A DNA stretch of 64,000 nt from Pristiophorus japonicus (lineage: Eukaryota). The stretch spans positions 496,001-560,000 of the forward strand of contig NW_027251778.1 of NCBI RefSeq assembly GCF_044704955.1, given 5' to 3'. Below the pieces are notes generated by a model. The model had not been told where the DNA came from. It worked only from the letters and a program-made list of their open reading frames with translations, and did no database searches. Each line of letters starts with the position of its first letter. Positions within the stretch are counted from its first letter, which is position 1. Positions 51,130-62,550 of the stretch are shown one piece after another. The translations under genes were made by a program, and so were the position numbers.

Positions 51130-51805
51130 AATGGGGCTGCAGGCTCGAGGGGCTGAATAGGCCTCCTCCAGTTACAGTGTAATAGGCTCGAGGGGCTGAA
51201 TGCGTCCCCTGTTCCTGTGTAACAGGCTCGAGGGGCTGGATGGGCCACCTCCAGTTCCTGTGTAACAGGCTTGAGGGACAGAATGGGCCACCTCCTGTTC
51301 CTGTGTAACAGGCTCGAAGGGCTGATTGGGTCGCCTCATGTTCCGATGTAAGAGATTAGAGTGGCAGAATGGGCCTCTTCTTGTTGCTGTGTAACAGACA
51401 CCAGGGCTGAATTGACCTCCACCTGTTGCTGTGTAACAGGTTTGAAGGGCTGAATGAGCTTCCGTATCTTTCTGTGTAAAATGCTCGAGGGGCTGAATGG
51501 GCCTCCTCCTGTTCCTGTGAAACAGGCCGGGGAGCTGAATGGCCTCCTCCTGTTGCTGTGTAACATGCCTGAAGGGCTGAATGGCATCCTCTCGCTGCTG
51601 TGTAACAGGCTCGGGTTGTTGAATAATCCAACTCCTGTTGCTTTGTTACAGGCTCGAGGGGCTGAATGGGCCTCCAGTTGCAGTGTAACAGGCTCGAGGT
51701 GCAGAATGGGCCTCCTCCTGTTCCTTTGTAACAGGCCCGAGATCTGAATGGGCCTCCACGTTACAGTGTAACAGGTTCGAGTCTGAATGGGCCTCCTCCT
51801 GTTCC
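51130..51805. repeat. 40/43-bp minisatellite array
   Basis: About 16 diverged units. Confidence 0.93.
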
Positions 51806-51858
51806 CATGTTGATATTGTGAACCATGTTCTGGGCACTCGTGTGTTTCATGGTCTAGA

Positions 51859-51872
51859 GCGCCGTCTACTGT
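51859..51872 (-). promoter_or_regulatory. CTCF-like motif ACAGTAGACGGCGC
   Basis: Type-I flank site. Confidence 0.45.
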
Positions 51873-52401
51873 ACCTGAGGAGTTAGAAAACACACTGTCA
51901 GTGTTTAAAAACGTATGGTACTTGCATTCCAACTTTCTAATAATTCGTTATTTTCTTAAAACTATCGTTCTGCTTTTCTATCTTTCTTTATTTTCTCTAT
52001 CTTCCTTTCCTACACTTTTACCTACTTACATTCTTTCGTTCTTTCCTTCTGTCTTTCTTTCTTCCTATCTTGCTTTCTTACTATCTTCCTCTCCTTCTAT
52101 CTTGCTTCTCTACGCCCTACCCTATAAAACAGATTGTTAATCTGTAAAGACCTCTGACAGGTTCACCCCTCAGCCTTCTATTTTCTGGACACAACAGCCC
52201 CGGCCTATCCAGCCTTTTCTGATAGTTTGGACCTCTCAATTCTGGTGTAAACCTGTTAATCTTTCTTTGCCCCTTCTGCAGTGCATCTACACCTAATCTT
52301 TCACTTTTATTCAAAACCGCATCTGCTTGTCAAAAACACATTCGCTCTGCAGAATAAACACGACGGGGTTGACCATCCACAGGTGTTTCCTGCCATGGTG
52401 G

Positions 52402-52440
52402 GGTTTGTGTCGAGCCCCTCCATCTCCCTGAGTCACTGTG
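52402..52440 (-). other. 23-RSS of V18
   Basis: CACAGTG-23-ACACAAACC. Confidence 0.95.
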
Positions 52441-53015
52441 CAGATTCCAGGCACAGTAATACACGGCCGCCTGATCCGCCCGCAGGCCGGAGGACTTCAG
52501 GTTAAACTCAATGCCATTTTGAGGCTGGGCGGTAAAATCGTCCACCGGCCCCTCTGGATCCACAGCATTGGTACCCACGGAGTAAAACATGGACTGCGGC
52601 CCCTTCCCCGGGTCCTGTCTGTACCAATACATGCAAGGGTTGCTTGCTCCCTCCACAGTGCATTTCAATTCCACTCCCTCCCCGGGAAATCTGGAGACAG
52701 CGGCCGGAGTCTGGCGGATAGTCTGTGAGCTCACGTCTGGTATAGAGACGGGGAGAGGAGGCGGTCAGTAAACAGGGACATTCTGGCAATGTAGGAAAAA
52801 AATAAAGAAGGAAAGAAAGAATTAAAGAAAGAAAGAATTAAAGAATTAAAGAAAGAAAGAAAGAAAGAAAGAAAGAACGAACGAACGAAAGAAAGAAAGA
52901 ACGAAAGAAAGAAAGAAAAAAGGAAAGAAAGAAAGAATATGTCACTATCAAGACTTATATTTTGTAAAAGTGCCTCACGTTGAAACAAGATCATCAGACC
53001 CAATAACTGATACAT
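52441..53015 (-). CDS. TRBV: V18: TRBV family A, apparently functional
   Basis: Leader 53015-52979 MYQLLGLMILFQ with GTGAGG donor; V exon 52736-52441 ending YYCAWNL. Confidence 0.9.
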
Positions 53016-54069
53016 CTTTGACTTGAAGATTTCCCTCAATAATGAAAGGAGCTTGAGCAGGAGTGGGGAGTTTGTGAGGATCCAAATTCGCACTTTTCAA
53101 TCATTGAGCAAAATATGAAGAATTTGAGGAGGTGATGCAGGTTTGGACCGTCCATCCTCTCTCTCTGATTAAGAGACAAAGCCCCTCCTTCTCTGACTGA
53201 CAGTCAAAGCCCCTCACTCTCGGATTAATAGTCAAAGTCCCTCCCTCTGAATGAGAGACAAAGACCCTCCCCCTGATTGACAGACGAAGTGCCTCCCTCT
53301 CTGATTGATAGACAAAGCCCCTCCCTCTCTGATTGACATACACAGCCCCTCCCTCTCTGATTAACATACAAAGCCCCTCCCTCCCTGATTGTCAGCCCGC
53401 CCCTCACTCTCTGATTGGCCATGATTGGAGCATATGGGAAGTGGTCATGAACTGTTGAGGTGCAAAGGGTTTTCGAAGACCATGTCCACAAATCACTACC
53501 AATGAATGGATAGTTACGGGTAAATGGGGCTGGGATACAGAGAGAAAGATTTGATGCTTCAGCTGCATAGACCCGCAGTCAGAATTCAACTGGAGAACTG
53601 TCTTCAGTTCTGGGCACTGCACCTCCCTGTTAGACTTGCATGGGCTTCAACACAGATTCAACAGAATGACAGCACGGCCGGGGAGTTAAATGAGGAGGAT
53701 AGGTTGCATCAACGTGGCTTTTATTTCGTTGACTGTAGGAGATTCGGCGGTGAGTTTATTGAGGTTGGTGAAGCATTAACAGGGGTTGATATGATAGATC
53801 GAGAGAATCAATTTCCGCCAGTCGGGGACTCCAAAGCGAAGAGCCAGAGACTTCAAATTAGTGCCAGCCGGTTCAGGCATTGCATGAGAAATCACTTCTT
53901 CACACAAATAGTAGTGGAAATATGGAACTCTCTTCTTCAATAGCTGCTGAGGCTGGGGGGGGGGGAAAGGCATGCTTCAAGACAGCGACTGGTACAGTTT
54001 TGTTTGGGTAGGTGTGTTCCGTTATATGGGGCACAGGAGATAAATAATTATCGACCATGATATAACTGA

Positions 54070-54290
54070 ATGGGGCAGCAGGCTCAAGGGGCTGAATGGG
54101 CCTCCTCCTGTTCCTGTGTAACAGGCTCGAGGGGCTGAATGGGTCTCCTCCTGTTCCTGTGTAACAGGCTCGAGGGGCTGAATGGGCCTCCTCCTGTTCC
54201 TGTGTAACAGGCTCGAGGGGCTGAATGGGCCTCCTCCTGTTCCTGTGTAACAGGCTCGAGGGGCCGAATGGGCCTCCTGTTCCTGTGTTC
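54070..54290. repeat. 43-bp minisatellite array
   Basis: About 5 units. Confidence 0.9.
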
Positions 54291-54868
54291 GTATTGTGAA
54301 CCATGTTCTGGGCCCTGGTGTGTTTCATCGTCTAGAGTGCCCTCAACTGTCCCTGTCAGTGGTATAAAATGTATTTTACTTGCATTCCAACTTTTTAAAA
54401 ATTCGTTCTTTTTTTACTATCGTTCTGCCTTTGTATCTTTCTTTATTTTCTCGATATTTCTCTCCTACTCTTTTCCATGCTTACATTCTTTCAATCATTC
54501 TTTCTCGCTTCCTATTTTCCTTTTATGCTTCCTAGCTTCATATTTTTCTATCTTCCTATCTTTCTATCTTGCTTCTCTATGCCCTACCCTATAAAACACA
54601 TTGTTAATCTGTAAAACCTCTGAGAGGTACCAACCTCAGCGTTCTCTTTTCTGGACACAACAGCCCGAGTCTGTTCAGCCTTTCCTGAAAGTTTGAACCT
54701 CCCATTTATGGTGTTATCCCTGTTAATCTCTCTTTGCACATTCTCCAGTGCCTCGACACCTAATCTCTCACTTTCACTCTAACCCGTCTCTGCTTGTCAA
54801 AAACACATTCACGCTGCAGAATCAACGCAAGAGGGTTCACCAGCCACAGGTGTTTCTTGCCATGGTGG

Positions 54869-54907
54869 GGTTTGTGTCGAGCCCCTCTATCTCCCTGAGT
54901 CACTGTG
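54869..54907 (-). other. 23-RSS of V19
   Basis: CACAGTG-23-ACACAAACC. Confidence 0.95.
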
Positions 54908-55526
54908 CAGATTCCAGGCGCAGTAATACACGGCCGCCTGGTCCGCCCGCAGGCCGGAGGTCTCCAGGTAGAAGTGGGTGTTGTCGGGTCTCTTGGCGGT
55001 GAATCCGTCCACCACACCGGAGGGATCGACCATTTTGGCGAAACTGGAAAAGAACATATTCTCGGGTTCCCGGTCAGGATGCCACCGGTACCAGTTGAAT
55101 TCGGAGCCAGCTGTTGCTTCTGTGTAAAGGCACTCGATGCTAACCAGAGTGCCCGGGGAATTGGATATGGAAGCGGGGGTCTGTTGGATCAGCACGGCCC
55201 CCACATCTGTAAAACCGAGAAAGAGAGAGAGTTAGAGATAGAGATAAACCCAGGGAGAAATAGCATATAAACACCCTCCATGAAGGGTCGGAGGAGGGGA
55301 GAGAGAGTGAGGGAGAGGGGGCGAGAGAGGCAGAGAGACAGAGCGCGACGGAGAGAGCGAGAAAGCGAGGGAAAGATAGAGAAAGAATGAGATACAGAGA
55401 GAGAGAGTTAAACAGACCGACAATCTATACATCACCGGAGGATGAGAAGGAGCACATGTGCAGTCAGAGATAGAAACGAGAAAGTGAGAGAGACAGAGAG
55501 AGAGAGTGAGACAGAGAGAGAGAGAC

Positions 55527-55563
<37 letters not shown>

Positions 55564-55916
55564 TAGACACACACAAAAAGAGAGAGATTGAGAGACAAGG
55601 GAAATATAAATGGACAGGCAGGAAATAAGGCAGACAGACCGATATAGAGCGCGGGAGAGTGACAGGGAGCGTGGAAGAAAGATAGATGGAGACAGAGAGA
55701 CAGAGAGCGGGAGGGAGACAGACAGACAGAGGACACACTATAAACCGAGGGGGAGAGAATCTAGACCAGCCCGCGGTGTGAAGGGACACACGGGGAAATT
55801 AAAGTGAGGATCGCTGAGATCTCACAGCCCAGCTCCACCTTACCCGTTAACACCAGCAACACAAGCCAGAGCTGGGAAACACGCATCTCTGGGAGGAGGG
55901 AAATCCGGGGGTTCAT
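54908..55916 (-). CDS. TRBV: V19: TRBV family B, apparently functional
   Basis: Leader 55916-55844; open V exon 55206-54908 ending YYCAWNL. Confidence 0.88.
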
Positions 55917-57034
55917 GGTGTGCAACCTCTGAATATCTCACAGTTCTGGGCACTGTGGCATTTACTGACCCCTGCTCTCCAATGTTAAATGTGCGGGTGG
56001 GAGGGGCCAAACTCTCTTCACCAGTTCATTGGCTCCCTCATCGGGACTGGCCATTCCCGGGGCGGGGCTAATATTAACTCTGGAGAATCGGCGCCCAGTC
56101 TCCTCCCTTTGATGGTGGAGTCTGGGTTTCCTTAAACCCACAACAACACGGAGGTTTTACTCTGTATCCAACCTGTAAATTATATGCGTTAATCTGTATC
56201 TGATCATTAAAGGGGAACTCTTTCTTTCACTCACTCTTTCTTTCGTGCTTGCTTTCATTCTCTCCTTCTATCCTTTCTTTCCTTCTGTCTTTCATCCTCT
56301 CTTGCCATCGTTCTTTATTTCTTCCTTTTATTCATTCTCTCCTACCTTTATCCTTCCTTCTTTCTCTTACTCTAAATTATCTTTACTCCTCTCTTTCCAT
56401 TTTTCTTTCTCTCTTTCTTTCTTTACTTATTTCCTGCTCTCATTCTTTCTTTATATATTTCCTTTCTTTCTTTCCTTCTTTCTTTCATTCTATCTTTTAT
56501 TCTCTTTCGTTCTTTAGTTCTTTCCTTATTTCCTTATTTCTTTCATCTGAACTGTCTGTCTTTCTGTCCTTCTTTTTTTCTATCTTTCAGTCTGTGTTTC
56601 GTTCCATCTATCATATTTTCATTAATGTATTTCTCTTATTCTTTATGTAAATCCTGTTTCCTTTCATCGAATCAAAATCTCGATATTTCATTCTTTATGA
56701 CTTTCTTGCTTTCTCTTTCATTATTTATCTGTCTTTCCCTCTCCAAGTTGTTGAAGTTATTTCTGCCTTTCTTTTTTGCTTACATTCCTTCGCTCCTTTT
56801 TTTATTATTTCTCTCACTTTATTTTCCTTTTTCTCTTTCTTACATTATTTGCTTCTTTTTTGATCGTTTTTATTCTAATCCCTCCCGTGGCATTCCTATT
56901 CGCTTACTTTTCTTTTTACCTCAACTTTGATCTTTCTTTCATGCAACGAAACCTTCTTTATTAGAGCCATGGTTGATTCTTTCATTACTTGTGAACCACT
57001 CGAGAGGATCAAATGTGCTGAAATGTGATCCCTG

Positions 57035-57048
57035 CTGTCCCCTACTGA
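57035..57048 (-). promoter_or_regulatory. CTCF-like motif TCAGTAGGGGACAG (type-II flank)
   Basis: Weaker core-like match. Confidence 0.4.
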
Positions 57049-57631
57049 CCATTGTCTTATATGGTCATCCTCTCCAGGAGCGTGTGCAACTGCTGATAGA
57101 GTGCACAGACAATCTGAGGGAGAGACAGTCAGACAGACAGNNNNNNNNNNNNNNNNNNNNNNNNNNNNNNNNNNNNNNNNNNNNNNNNNNNNNNNNNNNN
57201 NNNNNNNNNNNNNNNNNNNNNNNNNNNNNNNNNNNNNNNNNNNNNNNNNNNNNNNNNNNNNNNNNNNNNNNNNNNNNNNNNNNNNNNNNNNNNNNNNNNN
57301 NNNNNNNNNNNNNNNNNNNNNNNNNNNNNNNNNNNNNNNNNNNNNNNNNNNNNNNNNNNNNNNNNNNNNNNNNNNNNNNNNCAGTGAGAAAGATGAATAG
57401 ATAGATGTAAAAAGAGATGGTTATATACATATAAATATAAACATAGATAGATAATGAATGAATGGATGGACGGACGAATGAACGGATGGATGAACAGATG
57501 GACAGACGCATATAAAGAGAGAGAGAGAGAAAGAGACAGATTGATAGACAACTGGGTAAATAGACTTACAAACAAACTCAGATATACTATGAGAAACATT
57601 TATCTCGCACAGGTGTTTCCTGCCATGGTGG

Positions 57632-57670
57632 GGTTTGTGTCGAGCCTCTCCATCTCCCTGAGTCACTGTG
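57632..57670 (-). other. 23-RSS of V20
   Basis: CACAGTG-23-ACACAAACC. Confidence 0.95.
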
Positions 57671-58361
57671 CAGACTCCAGGCGCAGTAATACATGGCAGC
57701 CTGATCCGGCCGCAGAACGGAGGACTTCAGGTTAAAATCCTTGTCATTCGGTCGCTCGGCGGTAAAACCATCCACCGGCAACTCTGGAATCACACTTTGT
57801 ACTATTTGCGAGAGAAACATAAACATTGGCTCCTTCCCCGGGTCCTGTCTGTACCAGTACATGTTTGGGTTGCTTGCTCTCTCCACAGTGCATTTCAATT
57901 CCACTCCCTCCCCGGGAAATCTGGAGACAGCGGTCGGAGTCTGGTGGATAGTCTGTGAGCTCACATCTGGGAAAGAGACAGGGAGAGGAGGCGGTCAGTA
58001 AACAGGGACATTCTGCCANNNNNNNNNNNNNNNNNNNNNNNNNNNNNNNNNNNNNNNNNNNNNNNNNNNNNNNNNNNNNNNNNNNNNNNNNNNNNNNNNN
58101 NNNNNNNNNNNNNNNNNNNNNNNNNNNNNNNNNNNNNNNNNNNNNNNNNNNNNNNNNNNNNNNNNNNNNNNNNNNNNNNNNNNNNNNNNNNNNNNNNNNN
58201 NNNNNNNNNNNNNNNNNNNNNNNNNNNNNNNNNNNNNNNNNNNNNNNNNNNNNNNNNNNNNNNNNNNNNNNNNNNNNNNGAATACGGTTATTAACAAAAC
58301 TTATATTTTGTAAAAGTCTCTTACGCTGGTACAAGACCATCAGGCCCAGTAACTGATACAT
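57671..58361 (-). CDS. TRBV: V20: TRBV family A, apparently functional
   Basis: Leader 58361-58325 MYQLLGLMVLYQ; V exon 57966-57671 SQTIHQTP..YYCAWS. Confidence 0.88.
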
Positions 58362-59269
58362 CTTTGAATCGAAGTTCTCCCTCAATAAAGAAAGGAGCGA
58401 GAGCAGGAGCGGCGAGTCTGTATTGAGCCAAATTCGCTCTTTTCTAATCATTGAGGAAAATATGAAGAACGTGAGGAAGTGATGCAGGTCAAAACCGTCT
58501 GTCCCCTCCCTCTGGTTGGTGGACAAAGCCCCTCTCTCTCTCGCTTTGACAGACAAAGACCCTCCCTCTCTGATTGACAGATAAATCCCCTTACTTTGAT
58601 TGACAGAAAAAGCCGCTCCCTCCCTCTCTGATTGGCCATGATTGAATCAGATGGGATGTGGGAGTTAACTGTGGAGGAACAAAGTGATTTCGAAGACCAT
58701 GTCCACAAATCACTACCAATGAGCGGATAGTTACAGGTGAAGGCGGCTGGAATACAGAGAGAAAGGTTTGATGCTTCAGTTGAACAGTCCCTCAGTCAGA
58801 ATCCATCTGGAGAACTGCCTTCAGTTCTGGCACTGCACCTCCGGGTTAGACTTGCATGGGCTTCAACACAGATTCAGCAGAATGGCAGCTAGGCCGGGGG
58901 GTTAAATAAAGAGGAGAGGTTGAGTGGCGTGTTTTACATTGACTATAGGAGATTTGGCGGAAAGCTGATTGAGGTTCGTAAAGCATTAAAAGGGGTTGAT
59001 GTGGTAGATAGAGATAATCAATTTTCTCCAGTCGGGGACACCAGAAGGAAGGGACAAAGACTTAAAATTGGAGCCAGGCCGTTGAGGGATTTCATCAGAA
59101 ACCACTTCTTCACACAAAGGGTAGTGTGAATACGGAACTCCCTTCTCCAAAAGCTGTTGAGGCTGGGGGTCAATTGCAGACTTCAAGACAGAGATTTGGT
59201 TGGGTATGGGTGTCACGTGATATGGGGCAAAGGAGGCAAATAATTATTGACCATGACCAACTGTTTGGG

Positions 59270-59525
59270 GCAGCAGATTCGAGGGGTTGAGTGGTTTTGC
59301 TCCTGTTCCTGTGTAACAGGCCCGAGGGGCTGAATGGGCCCCTCCTGTTCCTGTGTAACAGGCTCGAGGGGCTGAATGGGCCTCCTCCTGTTCCTGTGTA
59401 ACAGACTCGAGGTGCAGAAAGGGCCCCTCCTGTTCCTGTGTAACAGGCCCGTGGGGCTGAATGGGCCACTCGTGTTCCTGTGTAACAGGCTTGAGGTGCT
59501 GAATGGGGCTCCTCCTGTTCCTGTG
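59270..59525. repeat. 43-bp minisatellite array
   Basis: About 6 units. Confidence 0.9.
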
Positions 59526-60089
59526 TTCCGATTGTGAACCACATTCTGGACACTGATGTGCTTCATGCTCTCGAGCGCCCGCTATTCTCCGTGTAGCGAT
59601 AGAACACATACGGTCAGTGTTTAAAAGATTATTTTACGTGCTTTCCAACTTTCTAAAAATTCGTTTTTTTTACTATCGTTCGGCCTTTCTATCTTCATTT
59701 TCTCTTTCTTTTTTTCCTACTCTTTTACCTGCTTACATTCTTTCATTCTTTCCTTCCGTCTTTCTTTCTATCTCCCTTTCTTTCTATCTCACTTCTCTAC
59801 GCCCTACCCTGTAAAACACATAGTTAATCTGTAAAGACCTCTGACAGGTTCACCCCTCAGCCTTCTCTTTTCTAGACACAACAGCCCCGGCCTGTTCAAC
59901 TTTTCCGCAAAGTTTGAACCTCTCAATTCTGGTGTTATCCCTGTTAATCATTCTTTGCCCCTTCTCCAGTGCCTCTACATCTAATTTCACAATTTAACTC
60001 CAACCCGTCTCTGCTTGTCAAAACCACATTCGCTCTGCAGAATAAACGCGACAGGGCTCACCATCCACAGGTGTTTCCTGCCATGGTGG

Positions 60090-60128
60090 GGTTTGTGTCG
60101 AGCCCCTCCATCTCCCTGAGTCACTGTG
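60090..60128 (-). other. 23-RSS of V21
   Basis: CACAGTG-23-ACACAAACC. Confidence 0.95.
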
Positions 60129-60885
60129 CAGACTCCAGGCGCAGTAATACACGGCCGCCTGATCCGCCCGCAGGCCGGAGGTCTCCAGGTAGAAGTGGGT
60201 GTTGTCGGGTCTCCTGGCGGTGAATCCGTCCACCTCACCGGAGGGAGTGACCGTTCCAGCGTAGGAATAGAAAAGGTTCTGTGGCTCGCGGTCAGGATGC
60301 CACCGGTACCAGTAGAAATAGGAGCCAGCTGTTGCTTCTGTGTAAAGGCACTCGATGCTGACCCGAGTGCCCGGGGAATGGGATGTGGAAGCGGGAGTCT
60401 GTTGGATCAGCACGGCCCCCACATCTGTAAAACCGAGAAAGAGAGAGAGTTAGAGATAGAGATGAACCCATGGGGAAATTGCATAAAAACACCCGCCATT
60501 AAGCGGCAGAGGAGGGGAGACAGAGTGAGGAAGCGAGGGGGCAAGATAGACAGAGAGACAGAGCGAAACGGAGAGAGCGAGAGAGGGTGTGAGAGAAGGA
60601 GTGAGACAGCGGGATGGACAGAGAGAGCGAGGTAGAGACAGAGAGAGAATAAGACACAGAGAGAGAGATACACCGAGCGACAATCTACACATCACTGGAG
60701 GATGAGAGGGAGCACATGAGGAGAGAGAGATAGAAATGAGAAAGTGAGAGAGACAGAGAGAGAGAGATGGACAGACAGAGAGCGAGAGACAGAAAGACAT
60801 AGAGACAGAGAGAGAAAGAGAGAGAGAGACAAAGCGAGAATGAGAGACAAGGGAAATATCAATGGACAGTCAAACAGTAAGACAC

Positions 60886-60920
<35 letters not shown>

Positions 60921-61150
60921 GAGACAGAGACAGACAGAGAGAGAGAGAGTGGCAGTGAAGGTGAGAGGCAGAGAGGGAGACAGACAGACAGGCAGAGAAC
61001 ACAGGGTGAGAGAATCTAGACACACGGGGAAATTAAAGTGAGGATCGCTGAGATCTCACAGCCTAGCTCCACCTTACCCGTTAACACCAGGAATACAAGC
61101 CAGAGCTGGGACACAGGTATCTCTGGGGGGAGGGAGATCCGGGGGTTCAT
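60129..61150 (-). CDS. TRBV: V21: TRBV family B, apparently functional
   Basis: Leader 61150-61078 MNPRISLPPEIPVSQLWLVFLVLT; open V exon 60424-60129. Confidence 0.88.
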
Positions 61151-62164
61151 GGTGTGCAACCTCTGCGTATCTCACAGTTCTGGGCACTGTGACTTTTTCT
61201 GACCCCCTGCTCTCCAATCTTCGATGTGCGGGTAGGAGGGGCCAATCCCTCTTCACCAGTTCATTGGCTCCTTCATCGGGACTGGTCATTCCCGGGGCGG
61301 GTCTAATGAGGACTCTGGGTAAACATGCGCCCAGTCTCCTCTCTTTGATGGTGGAGTCTGGGGTTCCTTAAACCCACAACAACACGGAGACTTTGCACTG
61401 GATCTAATCAGTAAAGGAGAGCTCTTTCTTTTATTCTCAATTTCTTTCCTCCGTACTGTCTATTCTTCTCTTTCCTTCGCTCTCTCTTTCCTTCTTTGTC
61501 TCTTTTCTTCTTTATCTCTTTTCTTCCTTCTTTCTCTGTTTCATTCTCTCTTTCTTTCTTGCTTGCTTTCATTCTCCCCTTATAGCCTTGTTTCATTCTT
61601 CTTTCATTCTTTCATTCTCTCTTTCCATCCTTCTTTCTCTCTTCCTTTATTTCATTGTATCGTTCCTTCCATCCTTTTTTCACTCTAACCTTCTATCTTT
61701 CCTTCTCTCTTTCCATTCTTCTTTTTCTCTCTTATTTCTTTCACTCTATTTCTTTACTTATTTCATTCTCTCTTTTTTCTCTACTTGTTTCTTTCTCTCT
61801 TTACTTCTCAGTTTCTTATTTTTCTTTCTTTCATTCTGCATTTTCTATTTTACTTTTCTCTCTCTCGTTGTTTAATTCTTTCATTATTTCTTTCTTTCCT
61901 TCGTTCTTTATTTCTAAACTTCTTTCCTTCTGTCCTTCTTCTTTCCTTCCTCTTTTCTCTGTTGCGTTCTATCTTTCATATTTTCATTCATTTCTTTCTG
62001 CCATTCTTTATCGATATCCTTTTTCCTTTCATCAAACTCTCGATATTTCTTCCTTCAGTTCTTTCTCTTTCATTATTTATCTGTCTTTCCCTCTCTTATT
62101 CAGTTGATGTCACGTAATATGTGAAAAAGGAGACAAATAATTATTGATCATGATCCAACTGTTT

Positions 62165-62550
62165 GGGGCAGCAGATTCGAGGGGTAGAATGGGTCTGCTC
62201 ATGTTCCTGTGTAACAGGCCCAAGGGGCTGAATGGGCCCCTCCTGTTCCTATGTAACAGGCTCAAGGTGCTGAATGGCCTCCTCCTGTTCCTATGTAACT
62301 GGTTCAAGGTGCTGAATGGCCTCCTCCTGTTCCTATGTAACTGGCGCAAGGGGCTGAATGGCCTCCTGGTCCTGTGTAACTGGCTCGAGGTACAGAAAGG
62401 GCTCCTCCTGTTCCTGTGTAAAAGACTCGATGGGCTGAATGGGCCTCTTCCTGTTCGTGGGTAACAGGCTCGAGGGGCTGAATGGGCCTCCTCATGTTCG
62501 TGTGTATCAGGCCCGAGGGACTGAATGGGTCTCCTCCTTTTCCTGTGTTC
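62165..62550. repeat. 40/43-bp minisatellite array
   Basis: About 9 units. Confidence 0.9.

Noticed and set aside
4402-62117. Long Leu/Ser/Phe-rich and LHRNRRRP/EPVTQEQE ORFs
   Set aside because: Translations of CT/GA tracts, minisatellites or N gaps
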